Shown here: in pieces, positions 28,301-36,090 of the stretch | Layout of the letters: every line of letters starts with the position of its first letter | Position numbering within the stretch: the first letter of the stretch is position 1 | Assembly (NCBI GenBank): GCA_965216875.1 | Contig: OZ244207.1 | Coordinates: 4,160,001 to 4,224,000, forward strand | Length of the DNA stretch: 64,000 nucleotides | Direction of reading: 5' to 3' | Source of the DNA: Rubripirellula sp. | Lineage (GTDB): Bacteria > Planctomycetota > Planctomycetia > Pirellulales > Pirellulaceae | The notes under the pieces: model-generated | Seen by the model: only the letters and a program-made list of their open reading frames with translations | The model's database searches: none | What the model was told of the DNA's origin: nothing | Translations under genes and position numbers: made by a program

Positions 28301-31118
28301 CTTCGCCGCGACCATATCCGTTGGCACTCGCATCAAAGGTCTTACACAAACCATCGGGCGAGAGCATTTCGCCATCGGTCAGCGTTTCCGAAACTTCGGG
28401 GCTCAGGATTAAGTTGACGCCGGCCACAACGGCCGACTCGCAATCGCCGGACTGAATGGCACGAACGGCTTGATGCAGCGCAACCAACGACGAGGAACAA
28501 GCGGTGTCGATCGACAAACTTGGCCCGCGCAGATCGAAGTGATACGAAAGACGGTGCGCCGCCATGCTTGCCGCGTTGCCGGTCATCGAATAGGTCGTGT
28601 GCCGAGCACCCGAGGCGAGGATCAGCCGCTCGTAGTCGCGATTGGCAATGCCAACGAACACTCCCATGTTGCGGCCACCAACCGAGTTGGGGTCGAGCGT
28701 CGCATCCTCCAGCGATCGCCAACAAGTTTCCAACAGCAATCGATGCTGTGGGTCCATTTGTTTGGCTTCACGAGGCGAGATCGAAAAGAGCGCTGCGTCA
28801 AACGTTGAGACGTCTTCCATCCAACCGGCACGTTGGATGTTGGATTGGCCATTGATCGCCTCGCGACGAGCCGCGGGAGGATCCGCAATGACGTTGCGCC
28901 CTTGCACAAGCAGCTGCCAAAAGTCGTCGAGCGATTCGCATCGGGGCAAGCGACACGCCGCGCCAACAATTGCGATGGCTCCGCTTCGTCGCTGTGCATC
29001 CGCGTTAGACGCCCCAACCACTTCAGGCTGACGTTCGCCATGATCGATTTGTTGATCGCTTGCTTCGGCACTGAGCATCTGCGCGACGGCCGTGATCGTT
29101 GGCGCTTCGTACATCAACGTCGCAGGTATGGGACGCCCGAGATGACTCTCAAGTTCAGCGACCATCTGCACGGCACTGACCGAATCGATTCCGTAACCGG
29201 TGAACGGGCGCGTGACATCGATCTCGTCAGTCGAAAGCCCAAGATGTTTGGCGATCCGCTCGACCAACCACGCTGAGACGTCGGCGGCGGCGACCTTGCG
29301 GGGAGCGTCCAGAGCCGGCCCAAAAGTCAGCGCGTCCTCTTCCTTCTCAGCAGGCCCACGGGATGCAACGCCGTCAAAGGTTTTCGCGAGGTACAAATCG
29401 CGTGTTGCGAGTCGTTTGACCTTTCCGCTTGATGTCTTGGGAAGGGCTCGTTTCGCAATGAGTACCACCCGGTAGGGCTGAACGTCAAACGCCTCGACGA
29501 CTCTCTCGCGGATCGCCGTGATGATTTGCTCGCGTTCCTTCTGGGAACACCGTTCGATCTCCTGCACGATCACTAACTGCGAAGCGTCTTCAACTTCGAT
29601 CTCGAACGCGACGGAAGCGTTGGGGACAAGTTTCGGATGCACGTCGGCGAAACTGGCTTCCACGTCCGACGGCTGAAGGTTGCGCCCGCGAACAATGATC
29701 AATTCTTTCAATCGCCCCGTCACATACAGCTGACCATCGCGCAGGTAGCCGAGGTCGCCCGTTCGCAAGAAACGCTCCCTGCGTCCTTGGATCTCGACTG
29801 CAAAGGTTTCTTCTGAATCGGCTCGTTGCCAGTAACCTTGGCTCACGTGCGCGCCGCTAACGCAAACTTCCCCGACTTCGCCATCAGGTAGCTCACGAAG
29901 CGTTTCGGGATCGGCGCAGACCACCACCTGGTCGCCCGCAGGAGCGCCGCAACTGACCACTTCACCCGTCGCCACAACTCCCGAGGGTGCCGTCGAGTCG
30001 GTGCGATGTTCCCCGCGCGGTCCGCCGGTCACCAACAACGTTGCTTCAGCAAGTCCGTAGCAGGGAAAGAACGCTGAGGACTGAAAACCTATCGACGAAA
30101 ACCGATCCGCAAACCGCTGCAACGAATTCTCACGAACCGGTTCGGCGCCCGTGAACGCAAGCGTCCAATGACTCAGATCCAAACCTTCAAGGTCGGCATC
30201 CCGGATTCGATCCACACAGGTATCGAATGCAAAGTTAGGACCACCACTAACGCTCGCCTTGTACTTGCTGATCGCTTGCAACCAGCGAACCGGCTTCTGA
30301 ATGAAGGATGCAGGCGGCATCACGTGTGTACAGCGTCCCGCGTACAGCACTTGCAACAAGCCACCAATCAATCCCATGTCATGATAAGGTGGCAACCAAG
30401 TCACACTCCAATGATCACGATAGCGTTCGATTTCAAACGCCTCGTAGATCATTTGCAAGTTGGCAAGAAGATTGCCATGCGATAGACAAACGCCCTTGGG
30501 ATCGCTGGTGGAACCGGACGTGTACTGCAACACCGCCAACGAGTCGGGTGACAGGTTGGGTGGCGTCCAATTGGCGGTGTTGCCCGCAAGCGTGTTGCTG
30601 CCTCTCGCCTGGTCAACGGTCGGTGCGTTGGCGAGATCGTCAACGTTGAACCACTTCAATCGGCCAAGCTGTGGTGATGTCTTCAGTATCTGATCGCGAC
30701 GCTCAAAGATCGATTGATCGACCAGAGCCACCGTCGCCCCGGAGTCGCTGACGATGTGATCAAGGCGTTCGTCAGCGCGGCGTGGACGAGGCGGGTAGGC
30801 GGTCACCACTGTCATACCGCTGTAGAGCGTGCCGAACAGCGCTCGCAGGTAGGCTTCGCCAGGCGGGCATAGAATGACGGCGCGCGGCAGCAGGTCGTCG
30901 TCGAGATTCAGCGGATTCGTTCGCAGCTGTTTCGAGATGTTGACCGCCGCGCGATCAAGGTCGCCATACCGCAACCATTTGTCTTCGACCCCATCGCCCT
31001 GAAAGAACGTGTATCCTTTTTCGGCGCAGGACCCTCGGCCGCGATCGATCAGCAGATCGACCACCGTCGAAACGGCGGCAATCGATGGGGGGGGACGGTC
31101 GTTCACAGACTTCGACAT
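19356..31118 (-). CDS. Hybrid FAAL-PKS-NRPS megasynthase: FAAL-ACP-KS-AT-MT-ACP-C-A-PCP-KASIII/OleA-KASIII/OleA*
   Basis: FAAL QYTSGSTSDPKG and WLPPYHDMGLIG; ACP GIDSV; KS DTACSSS/HGTGT/GHLE; AT GHSMG, AFHS; MT LEIGGGTG; ACP GIDSL; C HHIAAD; A YTSGSTGKPKG, YGPTE; PCP GGASL; thiolase-fold EPSTAS..DVCNAC, HQ, GN. Start placed at ATG 31118. Confidence 0.93.
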   Translation of the reverse strand: MSKSVNDRPPPSIAAVSTVVDLLIDRGRGSCAEKGYTFFQGDGVEDKWLRYGDLDRAAVNISKQLRTNPLNLDDDLLPRAVILCPPGEAYLRALFGTLYSGMTVVTAYPPRPRRADERLDHIVSDSGATVALVDQSIFERRDQILKTSPQLGRLKWFNVDDLANAPTVDQARGSNTLAGNTANWTPPNLSPDSLAVLQYTSGSTSDPKGVCLSHGNLLANLQMIYEAFEIERYRDHWSVTWLPPYHDMGLIGGLLQVLYAGRCTHVMPPASFIQKPVRWLQAISKYKASVSGGPNFAFDTCVDRIRDADLEGLDLSHWTLAFTGAEPVRENSLQRFADRFSSIGFQSSAFFPCYGLAEATLLVTGGPRGEHRTDSTAPSGVVATGEVVSCGAPAGDQVVVCADPETLRELPDGEVGEVCVSGAHVSQGYWQRADSEETFAVEIQGRRERFLRTGDLGYLRDGQLYVTGRLKELIIVRGRNLQPSDVEASFADVHPKLVPNASVAFEIEVEDASQLVIVQEIERCSQKEREQIITAIRERVVEAFDVQPYRVVLIAKRALPKTSSGKVKRLATRDLYLAKTFDGVASRGPAEKEEDALTFGPALDAPRKVAAADVSAWLVERIAKHLGLSTDEIDVTRPFTGYGIDSVSAVQMVAELESHLGRPIPATLMYEAPTITAVAQMLSAEASDQQIDHGERQPEVVGASNADAQRRSGAIAIVGAACRLPRCESLDDFWQLLVQGRNVIADPPAARREAINGQSNIQRAGWMEDVSTFDAALFSISPREAKQMDPQHRLLLETCWRSLEDATLDPNSVGGRNMGVFVGIANRDYERLILASGARHTTYSMTGNAASMAAHRLSYHFDLRGPSLSIDTACSSSLVALHQAVRAIQSGDCESAVVAGVNLILSPEVSETLTDGEMLSPDGLCKTFDASANGYGRGEGCIAVVLKPLEAARRDGDLIRAVIEGTAINQDGLTNGITAPSGDAQQQLYRNALADAALEPSAVSRIEAHGTGTILGDPIEFRSLNQVYGRRGQQANDCFLGAVKANLGHLESAAGLASLLKVVLELEHGEVVSQPNLAVLNPHIDLDESRLSISTTNARWDDSTRRRAAVSSFGFGGTNAHVIVGQGERPKRAPKASPTGTLPSLITLSSGHVEGLADLARQHGDVLRQSAGELDVIAQATQYQRSSLRHRVAVVGSSKETVAERLTQFAEGKASEHVCAATALSDRAVSIAMLFTGQGGQHVGMGQMLYRHLPTFRKWIDCCDELLRDEFDHSITDLIASSPETNGAVAELLNGPAAQTSLFSLQLALAKTFEQFGAGATTVLGHSMGEFAAAAISGVMTWEDALRLTAVRARHVSLLSQAGAMTVVFDSAESVQHRINELGQDLSIAAIDAPEHIVVSGASSGIAMLQDTLAAAGTTTRPLRINQAFHSSLMDPVLEPIKGVIESAKLSLPEKTYISSLTGQQVTSEVCSPNYWTRHSREPVQYVRALESLAKSKCDVAIEIGPHPTLCTLGQLNSNIPIDYLQTLVRGQDDLRCVLTAVGELFCRGVELDWDEVNGSRDRSEPSNFRLPGYPFQPRSYWLDDAKNDAAPSIDTDTIASSVTDRQRDRDCHGLAEELESYAAAKPEVDQLVARYMYKAFETLGLADRDGQVVDLANEVAVGRIAAKHLRLAERICEILADQRWLEPIEHQSTRSWRVVGHQRIEASQLCGAVAPLRQKHPSVTRELKLVARCGSKLASVLAGQTDPLEVLFPGGDASDLESLYRASPVAQVCNQTVADAVVAAIDTQLAHDPSRPIRVLEIGGGTGGTTSFVWPAIKDKVESYVFTDVSPLLVAEASGRFESSQEASGSLEFQVLDIESTIESQGFEEDAFDIVIAANVFHATSDLKRTLSNANRLLRSGGLLVALEGVRPEPMLDLIFGLTEGWWRFEDSELRPNYPLIDSKAWLQLLNGCGYRDPAILAPDASLARVQQGQAVLVATGVGDDSRPQKATSSQSASRSLGNRSAQRAGKTRVDLSKWVEAFQQSSNVDGRRAALEDYFRHAVAAVLEHDPAEIDIDQPVSNLGIDSLMAIQLKNRLSSELELSVPMVAFLEGKSLTQLMSIALDSQEVDPRSIVPRGDRQEVSVADRVASDLATDPSSQRQPQTTDIATRRSPSTGERVLGPMSVGQTALWLIHQRAPEGPAYNFAFAAQTSRTIDRDAMTKACRSLVKRHPVLRTRYRLDGDAAVRVLSDSIDVEIAEKDCQDWKRSRMVDWIRDQADAPFDLQDGPVIRFTLLRCRKGDVLSIAMHHIAADLWSMDVLIQELLDLYAMIVGGGTIDLGTLPTTYDAYVDWERGLDTSEEGEQLWRFWQRKLEGAPHVLELPTTYQRPAEQTFNGKSLEWTVPTEVVESLRDVAVEERTTLFTIVLAAYQTFLSRICGQDDLLVGTVSASRGRSEWEGIVGYFLNQLVLRTRINGSPTFRDVLRDSQREVLDALQHQALPFAKLVEKVRPLRDTSRSPLIQTMFIWDKPRHLKESHFAPGKSSDRLRLKPLLMEQRGAPFDLTLIVFELEDELKLTFRYNTDLFSDEAIESLSQSFNTLIDAIAINPDVPIRTAPLLSLEQQECITRWNDTHVDFDPDHAGDALLRQWAKQTPDAIALESESAAISYRQLDQRVDSVAARLLSAGTRKGDIVGLLAGRGVESIIGIMAAWRAGAAYVPLDPAHPRSRLQAIFADASPDVVLTDQDQNKIDELALGGYRVVVSIGGDEARFGNSERVALPKVTHDDLAYLIYTSGSTGKPKGTVLTHRGIANMAVAQRKTFGIQASDKCLQFSSLHFDASVFEIILALHAGATLYVIDPGVVRSSTGEITDQLRRSNVNVATLPPSVLSALSSDDLPALHTVISAGEACSAQLVDKWIERAGNPRRMFNAYGPTETTVWASTHQCSGDGTEPSLGQPVSNVRIEIVDGHLEPMPIGVPGELCISGPGLALEYFGRPELTADVFVPNPFSDAFDASMYRSGDRARWTTTGEVEFLGRIDDQVKVDGNRIEPGEIAAVMRAGKSIKDAHVLYHSGIGLVGYYLADRPRSSDADDASFQADLRKHVASHLPCYMVPKAFVGVDAFPLTVSGKLDATRLPDPSDAVEATEAVPPSTPTEKVIAAIWCKVLNVPSVGIHDNFFELGGASLQALQAAELAMREGFSVSAERMFQFQTVAELAAAIDADGPAAETQAAAEPDVLGQPIGQQTIDSVAQEPSRSTSLKMTVESLGTYLPPATETTDEVIEGCQKKLEFPLERMTGIQSRHVAGETEFAIDLAFKAAISCLENSRFEAGEIDSLIACNISRYDGPDFEVSYEPSTASKLKQRLGATSALAFDVCNACAGFFTALSIAEDQLRSGQAARVMIVSGEYITHLTKTAQKEIEGFLDPRLACLTLGDAGAAVIVELTDSGYGFESLDLYTDGRHHDLCVAKVTDRPHGGAIMYTDAVKASAVTLDLSVNHAHRSLVQRKWRPDEIQHVIMHQTSTTTLDGAIEELNRHFDATVCDHKNTVNNLTHRGNTASTTHWVAVMDMILGGRIQKEDRAVFAISGSGQTIGTALYTFDSLPERIADGTKSSSVAPITLPNQLFGTRIVATSWVKETQEPNLNGSIESAVEMSVVRTSLAAASKSLASVDWQASDVDMLIHAGVYRDEFLSEPAVAAIVSGELGMAEVAEGDSRGLAYDLTDSSRGPLVACSLVAGSLRTGAGKRALITASETENNDRSFAQYGLVIGGSAIAIERTDNASEGFGEFFFKSYPEHAGKLVTRTRLVQRVARLEIERSDDLEETVVACLIDAVDDFLGREGTSIAQFNRVLVTTPTRIAPIVVAQALGIDVDAVVAADSQGSDAFTSTIAIALGKTLKTTKSETWLLVSVGAGIEVGCVAYGHLHDPKALPKSARGES

Positions 31119-31216
31119 CGTCCCATTTTGGGGGACGCAATTTTCGGGCAAGAACCAGTTGAACCGACAAGAATAATTCAATTCTTGAGGCTTTTCCAAA
31201 GAAGGTAAATCGCCGC

Positions 31217-32338
31217 ATGCCGCCGACACCAAAGCCACGCTTCGCAGTCACCGGTGCAGCGGGGTTTATTGGCCGTCAACTCGTCCAATCCCTCGTCGCC
31301 GACAACCACGAAGTGACCGCTATCGTGCGCTCAGAGAAACCGTCAAGCAAGGCTTGGGGGGAACAAGTGCGCGTTGTCGAAGCCGACGTTGAAAACCCCG
31401 GTTCGCTGCGAGGTCTTTTCGACGACGCCGAGGTGGTCGTACACCTTGCCGGCCGTACGCTGGCAAAAAACCGCAAACAATTTGACCGGGTGAACGTCGA
31501 GGGCACGCGGAACGTCGCTGAAAGTTGTGCTCGATCCGATTCGCCTCCGCGACTTGTGTTGGTTTCTTCCCTCGCCGCAGGCGGCCCCAAAAAACTCACC
31601 GCAGGCGGTCCCAAAGAGCTCGCCCCGGCAGGTCGGAAGGCTGCGTCGGGCGGTCGGAAGGCTGCGTCGGGCGGTCGGAAGGCTGCGCTGGGCGGTCGGA
31701 AGGCTGCGCCGGGCGGTCGGAAGGCTACGCCGGGCGAACCCGTCTCACACTACGGCAGCAGCAAACGATTGGCCGAGGAGACGCTCGAACGATTCTCCGG
31801 GAAACTACCGATGCGAATCCTGAGACCGCCGACCGTTTTCGGAGAAAACGATCCCTACATGTTGGGCTTGTACAAAACGGCCAAACGCGGCTTTGTCGTT
31901 TTACCCGGCCGCCATGACTTTCGCTATTCGTTGATTCACGTCGACGATTTGGCCGACGCAATCATTCACCTGTCGAACTTCGAGGGTGCCGCCACAAAAG
32001 CGATTGGGATCGAGACCATCGATGTTGCCCAACCCGACCCGATGACCTTTTGCGAAATCGGCACGATCATCGCCAACCATTTTGATCGACACGGCGTTCG
32101 CCCGTTTCACATCCCGAGTTCAGTCTGCTGGTCGATCGCTGGCGTCAACTCGTTGCTTGCCAAACTCTTTCCGTACCGGCCACTGTTGAATGTCGACAAG
32201 ATACGCGAAGGTCTCGCCGGCAACTGGATCTGCAACACGCATCTCTTGACCAGCGAACTCGGATTTCTGTTCCCCCACTCGCTGCAACAACGAATCGAAC
32301 AAACAGCCGACGGCTACAAACGCAAGGGTTGGCTGTAA
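31217..32338 (+). CDS. NAD-dependent epimerase/dehydratase (extended SDR, 3beta-HSD/OleD-like)
   Basis: TGAAGFIG, HLAG, VSSLAA, YGSSK, LRPPTVFG, IHVDDLA. Confidence 0.88.
   Translation: MPPTPKPRFAVTGAAGFIGRQLVQSLVADNHEVTAIVRSEKPSSKAWGEQVRVVEADVENPGSLRGLFDDAEVVVHLAGRTLAKNRKQFDRVNVEGTRNVAESCARSDSPPRLVLVSSLAAGGPKKLTAGGPKELAPAGRKAASGGRKAASGGRKAALGGRKAAPGGRKATPGEPVSHYGSSKRLAEETLERFSGKLPMRILRPPTVFGENDPYMLGLYKTAKRGFVVLPGRHDFRYSLIHVDDLADAIIHLSNFEGAATKAIGIETIDVAQPDPMTFCEIGTIIANHFDRHGVRPFHIPSSVCWSIAGVNSLLAKLFPYRPLLNVDKIREGLAGNWICNTHLLTSELGFLFPHSLQQRIEQTADGYKRKGWL
31631..31735 (+). repeat. In-frame 21-bp VNTR, 5 copies
   Basis: Unit GGTCGGAAGGCTGCGTCGGGC (minor variants) encoding GRKA(A/T)xG. Confidence 0.92.
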
Positions 32339-32343
32339 CCGGT

Positions 32344-33590
32344 GTAGGCCGGATCAAGGAGCGACAGCGACGCGGATCCGGCATGGTCAATAGCCTCATC
32401 ATGCCGCACCCCATAATTTGCAAGACAACGTCGTGGTGAATGGCACTGCGAAACCACGGACAAAGCACTTGGGATAACACGAAGGAACACTAATCGACTC
32501 TGATCGACACTAATTCAAGAGACGGCTGAGGAAATAATCCCAGACGACAAGGACAGAGCACTACGGAACGACGTTTCATAGCGCAGGAATCGGACGCCTA
32601 GAATTCCTGCCAAATGGGACAGAAGAGCGTTCCCGTGGATAGAGAGCCCGAGTACACGTACCGCAGATAAACACGAATGAACGCAGATTCCGTCGGTTGT
32701 ATCTGCGTTCATTCGTGTTCATCCGAGGTTCTCATACCAGACGCTCCAATAAAGCTGATCAGGAAGTGCAGACGTAGGCCGGATCAAGGAGCGACAGCGA
32801 CGCGGATCCGGCATGGTCAATGACCTCAGCATGCCGCACCCGATAGTTTGCAAGACAACGGCATGGTGAATGGCAATCGACAACCGCAGACAAAGCACTT
32901 GGGACAACACGAAGGAACACTAATCGACTCTGATCGACACTAGTTCAAGAGACGGCTGAGGAAATGATCCCAGACGACATGGACAGAGCACTACAGAACG
33001 ACGTTGCAAAGTGCAAGAATCGGACGCCTAGAATTCCGGCCAAATGGGACAGAAGAGCGCTCCCGTGGATGGAGAGTCCGAGTACACGTACCGCAGATAA
33101 ACACGAATGAACGCAGATTCCGTCTGTTGTATCTGCGTTCATTTGCGTTCATCGGCGGTTCTCACACCAGACACTCCAAAGAGCTTGGTCAGGAAGTGCA
33201 GACGTAGGCCGGATCAAGGAGCGACAGCGACGCGGATCCGGCACGATCAATGCCCCTGGCATGCCGCACCCCATAGTTTGCAAGACAACGTGGTGAATGG
33301 CACTGCGACACCGCGGACAAAGAACTGGGGATAGCACAAAGGAACACTAATCGACGCTGATCGACACTAATCAAAGAGACGCTTGAAGAGATAGCAACCC
33401 AGAAGCGGGTCCAGGCAGTCGATTTCCGGTGATCGCAATTCGTGTGGGACGACTCGGGGAAAGCTGCCCCATACGCGAACCGCGGACAGACACAAACAAA
33501 AACAAACACACAGACGGAATCTGCGTTCATTCGTGTTCATCCGCGGTTCTCATTCCGGGCACTCCAATAAGGTTGACGAGGAAGTACAGC
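32344..33590. repeat. Non-coding ~430-bp tandem repeat, 3 copies (third diverged)
   Basis: GTAGGCCGGATCAAGGAGCGACAGCGACGCGGATCCGGC starts at 32344, 32774 and 33204; copies 1 and 2 align throughout. Confidence 0.93.
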
Positions 33591-33729
33591 GGCTCCATTC
33601 TTGAGCGAATTGTCTAGAAGCGAGTTTGTTGTTGCCATGACGAGGCTTGTCCCTCGAACCCGCCTCGCTCCGCCGTGCTAAAATTCACACCGTATCGGCA
33701 AACCTCAATACCGTTCCGCAAACAATGAG

Positions 33730-34206
33730 ATGGACATGACGTGGGAAGAGCTCGATATCGCGTGGGAAAACTATCACCCGCGGGCTCGTGAAGTTGTCTC
33801 CGACCCAAAGTTATGGGACACAGCTCACGACTTCTCACCCAACGGAAACGACAGCGGCTTTGATATTCTCGCATTGTTCACAGAGGGCGACGTAAAAAGC
33901 TCAGCGGACGAGGGCAAGTCTTTCTGTAAATCTCTCTTCAAAGGCTGGGGAGTTAAGCGAAGAGCGAAACCAGGTGACGATGACTACAAGTATAAGCGGC
34001 TTATGATCTTTGGAATGGCATTCGCATACATGAAGTGCGCTGCGTACTGCCCAGAATGGCTTGCTGCTGAGGCACTGACACAAGTCGACGAATTCAAGCA
34101 ATACATCGAACAGGTTGATCCGTCGTGGGACCTGAAAAATGAATGTTACACGTACTACGATTCGATGCAGTCCTGCTTGAACGATTGCCCACGGATCTCA
34201 ACATGA
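33730..34206 (+). CDS. Hypothetical protein, weak resemblance to YfeS/MolR-like domain
   Basis: 158-aa ORF; HPRA...FSPNGNDSGFD motif; appears less GC-rich than flanks. Confidence 0.55.
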   Translation: MDMTWEELDIAWENYHPRAREVVSDPKLWDTAHDFSPNGNDSGFDILALFTEGDVKSSADEGKSFCKSLFKGWGVKRRAKPGDDDYKYKRLMIFGMAFAYMKCAAYCPEWLAAEALTQVDEFKQYIEQVDPSWDLKNECYTYYDSMQSCLNDCPRIST

Positions 34207-34401
34207 TTCGAAAAGCACCACACGCCTCATTGTCTACGCCAGCAGCAAATCAAGTCCCTGACAGTTCCTTCCTGCGATCGTGTTCCGTGCAATGCAATGC
34301 GATCACACACCCGGCAGACCAGGTGTTTCTGCGAAGGGTACTGCACCGGTTGAGGCTGACAGACTGAAGCCTTCCGTTCTGCGAACTGAAATGACCGTAA
34401 C

Positions 34402-35013
34402 GTGAAGTTCTCACTCCGCAACGCTCTATTGGCTGTGACGCTACTTTCACTGCTAATGGCTTGGGTGTCCTACAGGATGCCAACTTGGCGAACGTTGCAG
34501 CGCATTGACGCTGCCTTCTACTCGTTGGACATCAACAACGACGATGTCTTTCGTGCTGGTTCCGAGATCTTGTATGACATTTCGCAAGCAACGCCGGAGT
34601 CGTTAAAACAGACGCGAATCGTCGGCGCATGGCTCAATGAACAGGATCGGACGCTCAATCTGGCCTGCATCGGCGATCAGTTCGCTGCGACCGCGATCGA
34701 GATCGCAACACTCGACGACGAACAACTCGTGCTTCAAATCTCGGAGACGCAGATAGCGGAGAACCGAAAGCGTCAGGAACGAACGATTGATTACCGATTG
34801 TCGTTGGTACTCCCCGAAAACAAGAACCCCAACGACCTGTATGACAACGCGGCTGTTCGATTGCTTGACCGCGAGAAAGTGAATGCGGGATTCTTCCCCG
34901 TGACGGTAATCTTCAAACGGTCAGGCAGAACCGAGCGTGCGACGGGCAATCGCGAGCGGGCATTGCTCAACAAAATCGAATCACTATCGAAGAATCATCG
35001 GAAAACGAAGTGA
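34402..35013 (+). CDS. Hypothetical membrane-anchored protein
   Basis: N-terminus [20 protein letters not shown], typical of planctomycete orphan genes; stop overlaps next start. Confidence 0.6.
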   Translation: MKFSLRNALLAVTLLSLLMAWVSYRMPTWRTLQRIDAAFYSLDINNDDVFRAGSEILYDISQATPESLKQTRIVGAWLNEQDRTLNLACIGDQFAATAIEIATLDDEQLVLQISETQIAENRKRQERTIDYRLSLVLPENKNPNDLYDNAAVRLLDREKVNAGFFPVTVIFKRSGRTERATGNRERALLNKIESLSKNHRKTK

Positions 35014-35360
35014 CAATCTCTTCAAGGACTCCGGAAGGTAGACCCGTTAGGTGCCCTTTGTGCGCTGCGATTGTTGTCATCGAGCCGTCGGTATTCTTCG
35101 GCGACGCAACGTGCCCGAATTGCGGGCAGTGGCTCTGGTTTCTTCAATCCCCCGCCGAAATTCGAGTGTTCCGCCGGGCCGGAAACGAAGCACTTCGTGA
35201 GCGCATGCTTCACTCGCTTTCGGAACAGCTCAATGTCCCTCGTGATCGCATACCAAACAATCCATCGTTTCTCGATGACATAGGCGCTGATTCATTGGAT
35301 ACCGTCGAACTCATGATGGAACTCGAAGAAGAAGGGCTGCCCACCGAGGGGAATGATTGA
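35010..35360 (+). CDS. Zn-ribbon / acyl carrier protein fusion
   Basis: CPLC...CPNC followed by [20 protein letters not shown] (phosphopantetheine-site DSL motif). Confidence 0.75.
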   Translation: MTISSRTPEGRPVRCPLCAAIVVIEPSVFFGDATCPNCGQWLWFLQSPAEIRVFRRAGNEALRERMLHSLSEQLNVPRDRIPNNPSFLDDIGADSLDTVELMMELEEEGLPTEGND

Positions 35361-35934
35361 GATGCTGCGGCTTGAACATCGTGAACTCGACATTCTCATC
35401 GAAAACGTGCCGACCTTCGGAACGGCCGAAGGAGAGTCCGCACGACAATTCGATCGCGAAATTCAGGTCGACGCATCGACGGGCTGCTACACAACCTCAA
35501 GACACTCGGTGACGACATCGCATATTGGTGAGCGCATCGCATCCGTCATCCTTCTCTGCGGCGGCGGCGCGTCAGGCGTACACCAACATTCTGCAATCGT
35601 GATCGGCGATGACCTAGTGCTTGCCGTCGGCGACCATCTCACTCGGCTTGCGCTCCCCACACTCGAAATCCGGTGGACGGCAAAAGCTGACGAAGCAACC
35701 TGCTTTGGTGTCTACTACTCGCCAGCACATCGCCTGATCCTCTCTCACGGTGAACTTGAGATCGCTGCACTACGGGATGATGGGACGATTGCCTGGTCAA
35801 GCGGCGGCGCCGATATCTTTACAAACGGATTCAGCTTCGACGACAATTCTGTCTACGCCCGCGATTTTTATGAACGCGACTACACATTCGACATCGCTAC
35901 CGGAGCTCCCCGGAGCGGTAATGACAATCAATAG
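35353..35934 (+). CDS. Hypothetical protein with beta-propeller-like C-terminus
   Basis: 193-aa ORF overlapping upstream stop; [25 protein letters not shown]. Confidence 0.6.
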   Translation: MIEMLRLEHRELDILIENVPTFGTAEGESARQFDREIQVDASTGCYTTSRHSVTTSHIGERIASVILLCGGGASGVHQHSAIVIGDDLVLAVGDHLTRLALPTLEIRWTAKADEATCFGVYYSPAHRLILSHGELEIAALRDDGTIAWSSGGADIFTNGFSFDDNSVYARDFYERDYTFDIATGAPRSGNDNQ

Positions 35935-36090
35935 ACTGCAAGCTAGTTTCCGTTGCTTCGGCGCAGCCGTATTGGCTTGCCAACGATGATCACACCATCC
36001 CTCCGCTGCGTTGGAATTCCCGAACGTTGACGTCGGGCGTTGCAAAATAGCATCGGAGATCGCATAACAACCCTCTCGTTGAATAACAAC

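Noticed and set aside
31119..31238. Megasynthase start at 31238 as given by the track
   Set aside because: It overlaps the divergent SDR start; ATG at 31118 is more plausible.
32344..33590. CRISPR array or repeated small ORFs (MNAD..., MLSQV...)
   Set aside because: Period is 430 bp with conserved rather than unique intervening sequence, and no cas genes are present. The ORFs are by-products of palindromes and differ in length between copies.
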